From Mobula hypostoma (lineage: Eukaryota), in the NCBI RefSeq assembly GCF_963921235.1, contig NC_086097.1, forward strand, positions 232,750,001 through 232,814,000: a DNA stretch of 64,000 bases, in the 5' to 3' direction. A model generated the notes under the pieces. That model did no database searches. It was given only the letters and a program-made list of their open reading frames with translations, and was not told where the DNA came from. Shown here one piece after another: positions 1 to 12,830 of this stretch. How positions within the stretch are numbered: position 1 is the stretch's first letter; each line of letters begins with the position of its first letter. Position numbers and translations under genes: made by a program.

Positions 1-149
1 TGAAAGTGCTCAAACATTATGAAATTCTGTAAGTGGTTTGAGGAATACAATAGCAGAGAAATTTGATCACATGGTGCATTATATTTCAGCGCTATAGCTT
101 TGAAAACACACTTTGACTGGAGTGGAACATGATAATAGCCATTACTGGA

Positions 150-1345
150 GGTTATCTGCTACTCTGGGAATCCGACCAGGCTTTAGACTAAATGAGAGCT
201 TCATGGTGGAATGGTACATAAAATGCTATGGAGAGAAAGTATGCAGTGAAGGGAAGGGATTGGTGTAAGGATAATCTAATGAAGGAAAAGTCAAAATAGG
301 AAACTATAGACTGGTTGGCTTAACATTAGACATCAGGAAAATACTAGTTTTAAAGGAAGTGATAACAAGACACTTAGAAAATATCAGTCAGATTAGAAAA
401 TGACAGCACGGATTAATGAAAGAGAAATCGTGTTTGACAAACCTACTGGATTTATTTTACAGAGAGCTAGTAGAAATAGTTTACTTGCATTTTCAAGAGG
501 TCTTTGATAAAGCACCACTGAAGGTGCTAGCATACAATATTAAAGCAGAGAGGACTTGGGAGCAAAATACTGGCAAAGATTGAAACTAATTAAAATAGAG
601 TAAATGCAAATTGGTATTCTTTGAGGTGGGACATAGTAACTAGGTCAATAAATAAAACAGCTAGTTTCCAGCTTTTCAGAACATACAGCAATAATTCGGG
701 CAAGAGAACAGAATGCAATATTTATAGATTTGTTGAATACTCAAAGCTGGAAGGCATGTGAGTTGTGAGGACACAAAGAGACTTTGAGGTAATTTTTACA
801 AATGGGATGTATAGACAAAAAGATGGTAAATACACCAGAATGTGTTGAATGTTAAGTTTTTCATCTTGGTAAGAAAAGAATCTCAGTAAAGCAGAATATC
901 ACTTAAACAGTGATTGGTTAGGAAATGTTAATGTATGAGGGATCTGAGAGCTTTTATACAGCAGTCACTCAAAGCAAACACATAGGTTCAGCAAGTTGTT
1001 GAAAAATAAATGGTACGTTGGCCTCACAAGAGTGCTTGAGTACAGAAACGAGGATGTCTTAGCTCACTTGTACAGGGGATGATGAGATCATGACAGGAGC
1101 ACTGTGTGCAGTTTTGGTCTCCTTTCCTAAAAAGAAGGAATATACTTCCCACAGAGGGAGTTTAACAAAAGTTCACCTGGGATGCTGGGACCGTTGTTTG
1201 AAGAAATATGGTCAACTAAGCTTGAATTCATCAGTGTTTAGAAGATTAAGACGAGATCTTATTGCAACATATTAAATGCTGGCAGGATCAAAAAAACTGG
1301 AATTGGGGAAGATAATTCCTGGGCTGGAGGGTTTACAACAATCTT
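150..1345 (+). mobile_element. Old, decayed CR1 LINE RT/3' region
   Basis: Remnants of QHG..K.KSCLTNLL (~405-450) and CVQFWSP-like sequence (~1100); many stops and indels. Confidence 0.75.
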
Positions 1346-1359
1346 GACCTTAAATATTT

Positions 1360-1545
1360 ACTCCAACTGTCCTTGAACCTGATGACGTGGGACTTAAAGC
1401 TCCTGTATTTCCTTCCCAATGGCAGCAGCAAGAGAGCATGGCCTGGATGGTGGGGATGATGGATGCAGCTTTCTTGTGGTAGAACTCCTTGTAGGTGTGC
1501 TCAATGGTGGGGAGGGCTTTGCCCGTGATTTTCTGTCCCTGTGCA
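1360..1545 (-). mobile_element. Rex1/Babar-like LINE 3' fragment
   Basis: Similar to the 3' coding end of the copies at 5.7 and 15.3 kb (KKAASII motif in ORF 1350-1583). Confidence 0.55.
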
Positions 1546-2154
1546 TCTTTCCTATAAAAACGTATCACTTCATACTTCTCCACATTAAATTAATTAAGCA
1601 TTTACCTGCTTAATTCAACAAGCTGCTTTGCTCTGACAACGGTTTATTAATGTTTCTGATGTTTAAACATTAGTAATTAACATTTCGGCACAGAATATTG
1701 ATTAATTTCCTTCAAGAGATGCTGCCTGACTTCCAGCATTGCGAGTGTGCCTGAGTGTGTATGTGTGTGTGATACAAATCATTAAGTGTATCACTGAAGA
1801 GATTTGTCAGCTTCAACTTAAAGTCAATTGTGGGTGCTTTTTCTCAAGCCAGTATGTAACACAGACTGATTCTGCAAAGAAGCCTCCTTGAAATTACTTA
1901 TCCTTTAGCAAACAGCACTGAACATCTCATTGCTATTTGGGAATTCTGCAACGTACAAATTACAGGTCCCATTCCCCTGAGTTGGAATAATGGCCATGCT
2001 TTAGCAGTGTTTAATTGGCTGTAAAGGAATTTAGGACTTCCTAGAGTTGTGAAATGTGCTTATTAGCTGATCACTGTCTGTGCACTGAATAGAAGATAAA
2101 CTGGGTGGGCTGTGAGATTCCATTCTCAACTTCCAGCTATATACATATATACTT

Positions 2155-2318
2155 GGAGGGAGGGAGGAGAGGGGGAGAAGGTGGAGAAGGGGGAGAGAGG
2201 GAAAGGGGGAGAGAGGGGGAGAGGAGAGGGAGGGGAGAGGGAGGGGAGAGGGAGGGAGGGATGTGGAGTGGTAGAGAGAGGGAGAGAGGGGGGGAGAGGG
2301 AGGTGGGAGAGGGGAAAA
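2155..2318 (+). repeat. Polypurine G/A low-complexity tract
   Basis: ~160 bp of almost pure G/A with many G3-G7 runs. Confidence 0.9.
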
Positions 2319-2344
2319 AGCACAAAATGGTGGAGGACGAGTTT

Positions 2345-3150
2345 CTCAAGGATCTTTACTCCATCCGCCAAAAGCAGCATTTCCCAGTGGCCAACCATTT
2401 TAATTTCCATCCCCATTCCAACATGTCGGTCTACGGCCTCCTCTTTTGCCACGATGTGGCCACTCTCAGGGTGCAGAAGAAACAACTTATGTTCTGCCTA
2501 AGTAGCCTCCAATGTGATGGCATGGACATCGATTTCTCCTTCTGGTAAGAATTTTTTCCCTCCCTCTTCCCTCTTTTTTGACTCCCAACTCTGGCCTGTA
2601 CCTCTTCTCCTGCCTATCACAACCCCCTGGCACATCTCCTACTTCCCTTTCTCCCATGGTCCACTCTCCTCTCCTAACAGATTCCTTCCATTCCAGCCTT
2701 TCACTTTTCCCACCCACTTGGCTTCATCTATCACCTTCTAGGTATCCGCCTTCCTCTCCCCCACCCTTTTTATTCTGGCATCTTCTCTCTTCCTTTCAAA
2801 GACACAGACCTTGCAGTTACCCCAAAGACTATCGCAATACATCCGGCATTCGGCAAACCACAGGTTCTCCCCCTCCCTGGCAAGGGAGAGGGAGGTGTCC
2901 CCCATTTTCACAGTGAGTGGGAGACATAACAACAACCCACTGGTTTACGAAGTTAAAAAGTCCGTTTCGTCGCTTTTTATGAGCTCTGTGCCGGAAGATC
3001 ACAAAGATGTCCTGAAGAAGGGTCTCTGCCCAAAATGTCAACTGTTTATTCATTTCCATAGATGCTCCCTGACCTGCTGAGTTCTTCCAGCATTTTGTGT
3101 GTGTGTTGCTCTGGATCTCCAGCAACATTTATATCATTTCTGTGTTTACT
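2345..3150 (+). mobile_element. Penelope-like element 3' fragment (GIY-YIG C-terminus plus pLTR tail), interrupted at 2797-3007
   Basis: PVANHFN..HSNMSVYGLLFCHDVATLR..DGMDIDFS matches 61060-61386; degenerate hammerhead cctgaagaagggtctctgcccaaaatgtc at ~3011. Confidence 0.85.
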
Positions 3151-3170
3151 AAAACTTTAATGCAAATTAA

Positions 3171-3480
3171 GTGGGCATGTGGCCAAGTGGTTAAGGCATT
3201 GGACTAGCGACCTGAAGGTCGTGAGTTCGAGGCCCAGCCGAGGCAACGTGTTGTGTCCTTGAGCAAGGCACTTAATCACACATTGCTCTGCGAGGACACT
3301 GGTGCCAAGCTGTATGGATCCTAATACCCTTCCCTTGGACTACATTGGTGTTGTGGAGAGGGGAGACTTGCAGCATGGGCAACTGCTGGTATTCCATACA
3401 ACCTTGCTCAGGCCTGCGCCCTGGAGAGTGAAGACTTTCCAGGTGCAGATCAATGGTCTCGCAAGACTAACGGATGCCAA
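3171..3480 (+). mobile_element. tRNA-derived SINE
   Basis: A box TGGCCAAGTGG (3180), B box GAGTTCGAGGC (3223), central gtgtccttgagcaaggcactt; flanked by aatgcaaat (3159-3167, 3483-3491). Confidence 0.85.
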
Positions 3481-3892
3481 TGAATGCAAATATTCCTTAC
3501 ATCCAGCTTGGGCATGTTAAGTATCATATTACAATGCCAATTAAAACTCAACAGTATTCTGGCTGCATGCCCTAATCTCATTGGCTTCAATTTAGCGTAC
3601 TCTTCCTCAGGCAACAAAACTTAACTCTTCACAGAGTCATGGACACTCTTCACGGAGAGCGTGGTATGGGTGTGGAATGAGCGACCCACTGGGAAGTGTT
3701 GAATGCGGGTTCAATTGTAACATTTAAGAGAGCTTTGGATAGGTGCATGGCTGAGAGAGGTACGGAGGGATGCAGGTAGAAAACCAGCCCAACTTGACTA
3801 AATGGGCTGAAGTCCGAGGTGCTCTATGACTCTATGATTGTATTGAATAACAGAACTGGATCAAATGACTAACTGAATTACTTATTCATCAA

Positions 3893-3990
3893 GCAACATA
3901 CATCAAAGTTGCTGGTGAACGCAGCAGGCCAAGCAGCATCTATAGGAAGAGGTGCAGTCGACGTTTCAGGCCGAGACCCTTCGTCAGGAC
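3893..3990 (-). mobile_element. Penelope-like mini-element (~100 bp pLTR tail)
   Basis: Same sequence as the arms at 23.0 and 50.9 kb; TSD acttattcatcaa/acttcttcatcaa (3880-3892, 3989-4001). Confidence 0.85.
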
Positions 3991-3991
3991 T
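3955..3991 (-). ncRNA. Minimal type-I hammerhead ribozyme motif
   Basis: Minus strand: agtc-CTGACGA-agggtctcggcct-GAAAC-GTC-gactg; stem I agtc/gact, palindromic ACGT helix III. Confidence 0.75.
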
Positions 3992-4011
3992 TCTTCATCA
4001 ACCTGCTTTGT

Positions 4012-4300
4012 AGCTATGGTAGCGTATTGGTTAGTGAGATGCTATGACAACTCGGGACGTTGGAGTTAGGGGTTCAATTCCAGCATCCTCTGTAAGGCGT
4101 TTGTACATCCTCCCCGTGGAATGTGTGGGCTTTCTCCCAGTGCTCTGGTTTCCTCCCACAATCCGGTTAGTAGGTTAATTGGTCATCATAAATTGTCCCA
4201 TGATTAGGCAAGATTTAAATTGGGGATTGTTGGGCAGTGCGGCTCGAAGGGCTGGAAGGGCTTGTTCTGCACTGTATCCTTAAATAAATAAAATGAAATT
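4012..4300 (+). mobile_element. V-SINE-like element
   Basis: tRNA-like head (ggttcaattcc), V-domain gtttgtacatcctccccgtg...ggtttcctcccaca, (TAAA)n tail. Related copies at ~9920-10085, 11175-11460, 33258-33566 (+) and 41030-41287 (-). Confidence 0.8.
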
Positions 4301-4899
4301 AAAACTCCCTCTGTATCGGTGGCATGATTTGGTCTCTAAATTCCCCTCTATAACTCATGCATATTTTACAACTTGTCACCATTGAAAATAACTCTTCATG
4401 CTTATTTCTGCTCAATCTCCCTCTCTTAACTCTTCTACATTTCTGTAATTAATTTTCTGTTGAACACCTAAGGATGTTTTCTACAGATAAGCAATGCTAC
4501 TTTTAAAAATGCAACTTATTTACAATACACTAACATTTAATTTTCAGAAATGTGCAAACTCAACTTGTCGAGCATTTTAAGTTGCTGATAATTGAAGACA
4601 CTGTGACATAACTGTAAATAAAACATATTTCAGTTAGAAAACCTGCCTTTGGTAGAAAGTGGGAAAATTAGAAACAGGAGGATTGAAAGGTAAGGAGTAC
4701 CAAACTCATCGCAATTTTAGCTCAATTTCTTTGTCCTTGCTAATGTTTTTAGTTCACTGTGGCCTCTGAAGACTCTTTAAATCTTTTCCTCTTGAGCCTA
4801 AGGAGAGCTTTGCGCTCCCCTTCTAAAGCAGTACTAAATACAAAACATTAGGTTTTGGTAAAACCGAAGCACTAAAAATATTCCTTCTGGTAAACAAAT

Positions 4900-5265
4900 T
4901 CTGCCCCTCCCCCTTCCTCTTTTCCTCACTCTAACTGGTTACCTCTTCTCACCTGCATATTACTTCCCTGGGTCCCTTCCTCCTTCCCTTTCTCCATTGG
5001 TCCACTCTCCTCACCTATCAGATTCCTTCTTCTCCAGCCCTTGACTTTTTCCTGTCCACCTGGCTTCACCAATCACTTTTCAGCTAGCCTCCCCCAACCT
5101 TTTTATTCTGGCATTTTGTCTCTTCCTTTCCAGTCCTGAAGAAAGGTCTCTGTCTGAAACATTGATTATTTAATCATTTCCATAGATGCTGCCTGATCTG
5201 CTGAGTTTCACCAGCATTTTGTGCTTGTTGCTTTGGAGTTCCATCATATGTAGATTTTCTCATGT
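4900..5265 (+). mobile_element. Older Penelope-like pLTR tail
   Basis: Paralogous to 2560-3150; degenerate hammerhead cagtcctgaagaaaggtctctgtctgaaac. Confidence 0.75.
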
Positions 5266-5484
5266 TAATAAAAATAAGAAGCATCCTTTTATGCTTATAC
5301 TACGTTGCCAATGTACATTGTTCAATAGAGCTACTGAAAATTCAAGAAATAAAAACTCAGTCAAAATTCCCTTGATCCAACAGTCAATAAAAAAATAAAA
5401 TTTCTCAGAATTTATTTCAACATTATCAGGATCTTCCATTATGAAATCATCTGAGATAATTGCAAACCTTCCACAGCATTCACC

Positions 5485-6340
5485 ATCAGAATCAGAATCA
5501 GGTTTAATATCACCGACATATGTCGTGAAATTTGTTAACTTTACGGCAGCAGTACAGTGCAATACATGAAAAATAAATATAGAGAAAAAGAACTGAGTTA
5601 TATTATGTGTATTCAATAGTTAAATTAAAACAAGTAGTACAAAATAACAGAAATAAAAAAGTAGTGAGGTAGTGTTCATGGGTTCAATGCCCATTTGGGA
5701 ATCGGAGAAGTTGATCCTGAATCACTGTGTGTGCCTTCAGGCTTCTGTACCTCCTTCCCGATGGTAACAAGGAGAAGAGGGCATGTCCTGGATGGTGGGG
5801 GGTCCTTAATGATGGATGTAGCTCCGCTGAAGAAGTTTTGGATACTATGGAGGCTAGTACTCATGACGGAGCTGACTAATTTTACAGATTTCTGCAACTT
5901 ACTTTGATCTTGTGAAATAGCACCCCGCCCCCATTCCAGACGGTGATGCAGCCAGTCAGAATGCTCTCCACTGTACATCTGTGAAAGTTTTTTTGAGTGT
6001 TTTAGTTGACAAACCAATCTCTTCAAACTCCTAACAAAATATAGCCGCCGTCTTGCCTTCTTTATGGCCTCAACAATATGTTGTGTCGAGGTTAGGTCCT
6101 CAGAGATATTGACACCCAGAAACTTAAAACTGCTCACTTTCTCCACTTCTGATCCCCCTGTGAGGATTGGTTTGTGTTCCCACATCTTACCCTTCCTGAA
6201 GTCCACAACTAGCTCTTTGGTCTTGTTGATGTTGAGTGCAAGGTTGTTGCTGTGACATCACTCAACTAGTTGGTATATCTTGCTCTTGTACACCCTTTCG
6301 TCACCATCTGAAATTCTGCCAACAATGATTGTATCATCAT
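5485..6340 (-). mobile_element. Rex1/Babar-clade LINE, 5'-truncated
   Basis: VDFRK...VSSFKFLGVNISEDL in ORF 5676-6206; (TCTGAT)n tail read as atcaga repeats. Confidence 0.85.
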
Positions 6341-6349
6341 TATGTGCCA

Positions 6350-6680
6350 TGTCTGACATGGACATGACCATGATTGTTCTTGGCAAATTTTTCTACAGAA
6401 GATGTTTGCCATTGCCTTCTTCAGGGCTGTGTCTTTACAAGATGGGTGATCCCAGCCATTATCAATACTCTTCAGGGAATGTCTGCCTGGCATTAGTGGT
6501 TGCATAACCAGGACTTGAAATGTGCACCGGCTGCTCCCTTAGCTGCACGTGACCCTGATCGGGAGTGGGTGGGGGGGGGGTGCTGAGCAGGTGCTATATC
6601 AAGGGTGACCTGCAGGATACTGGAGAGAAGGAGTGCCTGACACCTCTTTTGGTAGGGATGTATCTCCGTCCCAGCACCCA
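6350..6680 (-). mobile_element. SINE with RTE-type 3' tail
   Basis: Minus strand ggcaatggcaaac..ttctgtagaaaaatttgccaagaacaatcatggtc resembles RTE/BovB tails; second copy at 59408-59640. Confidence 0.6.
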
Positions 6681-7059
6681 GCAGCATTATTCATGTGCAA
6701 TACTTGTATCTGCCAACCAGTTACAAACTTTTAAAAATGCCCAAAAATATGAAATACTGAATGAAGGAAGATATTTAATTTTTGCTGTTTTACAGTTTGA
6801 CACCACAAAGCAGTCTGTTTTCAATGACATTACAATCAACATTTACAGCAATATTGGGATTTAACATGGAAACCCAACGACAGTGTTACCAATTCAGCAA
6901 TCTGCCACAGGATGCATGATGCTACTATGAAACATGCAGAACTGTTGTATTTTACCACAGAAGTAGGTAAGCCTTTAATGACGTGCTACGGCATCAGTTC
7001 TGCCCATCAAACACTTCGGCGTTCCAAAAGCCGATTTCTTGTTTGATTCCAATTTCCTC

Positions 7060-7305
7060 AGCTTTAGCTAGAGGGTGGTGAACCTGTGGAACTTATTGTC
7101 ATCGATGACTGCCAAGGCCAAATCAGTGGGTATATTTGAAGTGGAGGTTGATTGGTTCTTGATTAGTGAGGGCGACAAAGGTTACAGGGAGAAGGCAGGA
7201 GAATAGGGTTGAGAGGGAAAATAAATCAGGCATGATCAAATGGCAGCACAGACTTGATGGGCTGAATGGCCTAATTCTGCTCCCCTGACTTATTATCTTA
7301 TGGGC
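7060..7305 (+). mobile_element. CR1 3' end fragment
   Basis: RVVNLWN-like sequence and CR1 3'UTR gggctgaatggcctaattctgctcc..(tcttatgg). Confidence 0.75.
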
Positions 7306-8007
7306 TAAATATTTGGGGGGAATGGTTACTTAAATTTTAACCTCTGATTTAATTGTGTGTGAGCGTTCCAATCTGTAAAATTCTCCTTTTTCTTTCCTGG
7401 TTTGTGAGATTTCCTCAATGTGATTAGTTGTTAAGCCAATATGTCATGGCAGTTGTGTTCATCTGGAATTTCTGAATTTTGGCCTGTCAGACATTGAAAG
7501 CAATTAACCAGAAAAAAAGGTCATGCAATAAATCCTTGGCCGCTTTTTTCAAGGTCACTGGTGAGACCATAAAATTCAAGCCATTGAACGGTGAGATCCA
7601 ATAAAACACAGGTAACATTTATTTCCTATTAACTGCAACATCAAGGCATCCTCTCAAAAAAGAACCAACGTTGCCACCTGCCTGTCAGTGTTCGATCTGT
7701 TTCTGTTATTCTTCATTCTGAATTTGTTTCTCAAGTCCCATCCATATTTGAAATATTCCCTCTCAGTTTCCTTACCTAAAATTCCAGCGGCTTTCCTGGT
7801 CTCTATTTATGGAAAGGTGGTTGGGAAAGCTTTTGGGGGGGGGGGATAGGGCTATCTTATCATTCATGGCTTGGGGAACTGTTCTGTTACCTGCAGTCTG
7901 AATTACGGGTGACCAAGAAACAAATTGGTAGACTTAGAACAATGAGATTCAAATGCAAATTGCCAACAGTACAAATACATTTATCTATTTATTTGAAAAT
8001 GGCTTTT

Positions 8008-8536
8008 ATAGAATTGTAGAACATTACAGCCCAATACAGGTGCTTCAGTCCATGATGTTGTGACAACTTTTTAACCTACTCCAACATCAGTCTAACGTTT
8101 TCCACCTACATAGCCCTCCATTTTCTATCATCCACGTGCCCTTCTCTGCCCTAATGTACCTGGCAGGGTATTGCAAGCACTCACCACTCTCTGTGTAAAG
8201 AACTTACCTATATCATTCCCCACTACACTTTCCTCCAAACATCCTATAATTATACCCCCTATATCCATCCCTGCCCTGGGAAAAAAATGCCCCTGGCTGT
8301 CCACTCTATCAATTCCTCTTATCATCTTATACAGCATTAGCAAGTTACCTCTCATCCCCCTTCACTTCAAAGAGAAAAGTCCTAGTTCACACAACGTATC
8401 CTCATAAGACATGCCCTCTAGTCCAGGTGGCATCCTGGTAAATCTCTGCACCCTCTCTAAGGCATCCACATCCTTCCTATAATGAGGTGACCAGAACTGA
8501 GCTCAATAATCCAAGTGTGGTCTAACCAGGGCTTTA
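8008..8536 (-). mobile_element. CR1 3' end fragment
   Basis: ORF 8128-8355 YKMIRGIDRVDSQ...FFTQRVV. Confidence 0.85.
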
Positions 8537-11500
8537 TCTTCATATTTTCACAGTACACAGGAATTACACTATTTTTGAATATATATTTTGAGTAGCAATT
8601 TTCTTTCATGAAATCAAGACCATAATTCTCATTTGTACAACTCTCCACCGAAGCATTTTGGACTTCGTAGCTCTGAAATATGAATCCAAACCCAACTCAG
8701 AAATGATTTCTTAATGCTCTCTACTCCAGTTCTCCGTAAGGATCTGATATTCTCCAAGGCAGTCTGAATCCAGCCAGAGTGTACACACCCTGGCACAATA
8801 ATAGCATACATCTGAAAAAGGAAAACTCAGAGAGGCCACAGATTGGAAGGAATGAGAAATGGAAAATCTGACACTGCTAACTAATGGGTTGTGCCTTCTT
8901 GAGGTTGAGATTTTGGCACATTGCTGTATGAGGCAGCCTTACTTTGTAAAATCCATTCTGTGCATGATTCAAATGTGCCCATTGCTGGCACTGATTGTCA
9001 GAAATGTGAATTGTGGCATTCTATAACATTTGTAGAAAGCAATAAAAAGTTCTTATAATTAAAAATTAGCTTTTAATGATTTAACTCATGGAAGAGTATT
9101 CCCAAGTTCTCTATGGGACTGATCATAACTAATGATAAGATTCTCATCACATTGGGGAATGTTTATATTGCTAGTATTTCTGCACTATCTTCTCCGAGGT
9201 CCAATCCAAACAATTGTACCTGTTGACAGGGGAAGCTCCATTTTTGTTTGGCTAAATGTGTGCACAAACCATCAGATACTTCCTCATAAATTTCCCTGAA
9301 TAATAACACTACCACCAAATAACCTACTACTTCTCATTCAATGCTTGCAGAGGGCTTTCCTCATATATACGTGGGATTCTGACTCAATGGCATTCAATCT
9401 TAATTTCACAGATGGTAGCTTCATCACAATGGGTTCTCGGCCAAGCACTTAAGCTAGAAGTCTAAATCTCTGGTTCCCCTCTTACAAAGCAGGATTATTT
9501 TTGCAACTTCACAGAACTCCAGACAAAGACAGGCAACTTCTATCTCCATCCCAAGATTCACAATCAGGGCTGCTCTGGTAGACCCAAACTTCCAGCTAAT
9601 TTTTGGCCACAGAACAGATTTGTTGCCATTGTCACAGCAGCACCATTTTATCTGATTCTGCTATTCCTATTTATACTAGTTCTAGATTCACCTTAATATG
9701 TCCTATTATTATTATTCTTTTTTTGCCACCATCATCTCTTTGCATTTTACGTCTGCTGTTATCCGTAGGGCCTCCACTTCATTCTTTCCTTTTCCCAAAC
9801 ACAATGCCAATTTTCCCTGCATCTTAAAGCTCTTTTATCTCTTTCGTTCTGACGGTAAGTCAGTGATCTGACGGGCTGGGCAGAAGTGGATTGGATAGAC
9901 CTGCTATCTGAATTAACCATTCATGGTAGCATAGCTGTTAGTGTAAAGGTATTACAGTGTCAGCAACTCAGGTTCAGTTCTGCTGTTGTTTGTAAGGAGT
10001 TTGTATGTTTATCCTGTGGCTGCGTGGGTTTCCTGCCATATTCCAAAGACATAGGGGTTAGTAGGTTAATTGGCCACTTGGGCGGCGTGTTACCTTGCTT
10101 TTTCCAGAAACAAATAAAATTAATGATCCCTGCCTGCACCTACAGGGGCTGGAGATGGAGGGCCTAGTGAGCTGAAACTCTGGACCAGGACATACCCAGT
10201 GAATAAGGCCAACACCTTGGAAACGAATCACGGTAAGGTCTCAGTGGTGAGTTACCCCAGGCAGGCATTTTGCTGAGACTAGGCCCCAGAATATTCCCGA
10301 TAGCTATTGACAATATGCAAAACCACATGCTTTGGTAAATCCGGAACTACTCTGGGAGTAGATAAACATTAGTATTTCTCCTCCAAATCACAGTCTGATT
10401 CATTCAGCTCATTATTCCTGTTCCTGTCCCTTCTGATCATGCCGGAGCTGCTCAGTATTTACAGAATTTGGTGTTTATATTTCCAATATCCATAGTACTT
10501 GGTAGTTATTAACAGGATTGGAATAAGCAGCCTCAAGTTTTCTCCATTTCCATAAATCTGTTCAATTTCCAGCTTAGACTTGTCATGATAGAACCCACTG
10601 CAGAGCGATATGTATTCCAATCTCACCTGCAAACATTGTTAGAAAGGATATTCCTTTGTTTTATTGTGTCATTTATATAACTGGTATACAGTCCCAGTTA
10701 TACTCTGAATTTAATGTGCAGAACAGGACTCACTCTTATGGCCACTTGCTAATGCATTCTATAAACCAAATCATTCATAAATGCAAAAATCAAGTAATTC
10801 CGCACTAAAACTGCAACAGTTATCAGTGGATCAAAATGCTGACATTTTGAATCCAGCAACTGGATCAATAGCAAAAATCTGAATGTTTTAACTTTGTGCC
10901 TGACTTGTATTTCATCATCAATTGAAACGGTCCTTCAGCAGACCAGTTTCGATTTTCTAACAAGTAAGTATGTCTTTGCAATACAACACTGCAATTCTGC
11001 AGTCTGAAAAACGATTAAAATTTGAGACTTTTTAAAAATAAGGAGTAAAGTTTAAGGTCGATGGGAATAAATAGCATCAATGTTAGAAATCTAAAATCAA
11101 AATGGAAAATTCTGGAAACACTCAGCAGATCAGTCAGCATCTGAGAAAGGAGAACCAGAATTTCTCGTTCAGGCGGGAAAGCAGGGTAGTGGATAGGGCA
11201 GCACTTTTATAACTTGGGGCGGAGTTTGGAATTTAGTTCTGACGTCGTCCTGTAAGGAATTTGTAAGTTCCCCTGTGGAAACGTGGGTTTCCTCTGGGTA
11301 CTCCGGTTTCCTCCCGCATTCCAAAGACGTACTGATTAGTAAGTTAATTGGTCATTGTGATTCAGGTAGGGTTAAATAAGCAGGTTGCTGTGGCGTTCGG
11401 CTTGTTGGGGGTAGAAGAGCTTATTCTATGCTGTATGTCTAAATAAAAAAATAAATAAATCTAAACCCCTTTTAACCAACTTCCTTTCCCGGTGTATTCC

Positions 11501-11996
11501 AAGCTAATTTGTCTTCTCGGATTCCCACTTCTGACAAGCGTTCTTCAAGCTGAAATGTAAACTGTCTTTCTCTCAGATGCAGCCTGACCTGATGAAAGTT
11601 TCGAGAATATTCTATTTTTATTTTCTTCTGAGTTCATGGCTGTGTGATTCCACCGCAAGCTTTTCCACTTTGACATTGGACACACTGGGCTTAATTTCGG
11701 AATATATAACCCTGGCAATTGCTTCCTAATGCGTCGAAAACCCAACATACTTAATAATGGAACACAACAGTTCTTCAAACATTGTATAATCAAACCTACA
11801 AAATAATTTGCCACGCAAATGACTTACTTTTCCTACTCCGTCCGTCCATATTTACATAAATTTCAAGGAAGATAAAATATAATCTAATGCAATGGCGTAC
11901 TTCTCTGACGCTGGAGAATAACATAGGCAGGGAGAATCATTTTCCATCTGAAATGCTCAACCTCTGGAATATTTAGAGAGAAAAAAAAATACTTAC

Positions 11997-12041
11997 TAGA
12001 ACGTACTGAGTACAAACATCTTCGGAGTTGAGGCAGACCAT
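11997..12041 (-). CDS. Candidate first coding segment MVCLNSEDVCTQYVL (phase 0); product unknown
   Basis: Strong Kozak context aaaATGG; 15 codons to a GTAAGT donor; no homolog recognised. Confidence 0.4.
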
Positions 12042-12245
12042 TTTGCAGGTCGTAACCCGAGAGTATGAATCTCAGTATATTTATCAACGGGCACACCAGG
12101 CTCGTTCAGGTTTAAGCATCAGCGTTTTGTTTTGGCTTTTGGTGAAGGGGGTGAAAGACAGGTGCCTCCACGTCCACTTCACTCACACAGGCGCACGGTT
12201 GGAGGGATTTGATAACATAGGGAGGATCGCAACTTCTGCGCAACA
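11997..12245 (-). other. Probable exon 2 (5'UTR plus start codon)
   Basis: Acceptor ttttattttag| at 12246 (alternative ttattttcag| at 12259); donor CTA|GTAAGT at 11997/11996. Confidence 0.5.
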
Positions 12246-12365
12246 CTAAAATAAAACACTGAAAATAAAGCCCAGACACAAGTAAAGGCGCTGACGTTTA
12301 GATATCTTCATCCATCTCGTTAAAAACAAAGGTTGTTTACCGTTTTTATATTATGAAGTTCTTAC

Positions 12366-12830
12366 CAAGGAAATCAACAGTCGGGAGCGAGGAGGGGTGA
12401 TCATAAACCACTTGCCTTTCAGATGGGGAAACCCGTCGTCTTATCCGAAAGGTGGTGAATTCCTGATCTCGGGCGAGAGATCACCGGTGGAAAACAGCAA
12501 AACAGAATCCCGCACGGTTTCAATTCAAATAAAGACTTTTTTAAAAATGGGCAAATTGGTTAGAGGAGAACTGGCAGCCAAGCGGAGTGTGCGGGAGGGT
12601 TTTGGTGAGGCGGAGGGTGCGGGAGAATCGAGCTTGGTGCGGTCGGACGACGAGGGAAAAGGTGCGGGGGTCAGTCCAGCGAGGAGTCAAGTTGCGGGAG
12701 GACGGTGCCGGCTCGGGACTGGGCTGCTGTCAGACAGCCTCGGGCGTCGGCGGCAGTGAGCGAGCGAACCACGACCGCTTCCTCCTCACGGCAAAATCTC
12801 CAGCCTCCTGCTGAGCCGAATCGGGCTGGA
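12366..12830 (-). other. Probable non-coding first exon of an unidentified host gene (TSS approximate)
   Basis: Lies in the CpG island downstream of CRE/GC box; strong donor TTG|GTAAG at 12366/12365. Confidence 0.55.

Noticed and set aside
2105..2501. G/E/R-rich and P/S/L-rich ORFs
   Set aside because: Translation of a low-complexity purine tract; only the C-terminal PLE part is meaningful
3171..3245. tRNA gene
   Set aside because: A/B boxes run into a SINE body and tail with a TSD; no proper acceptor stem or T-run terminator
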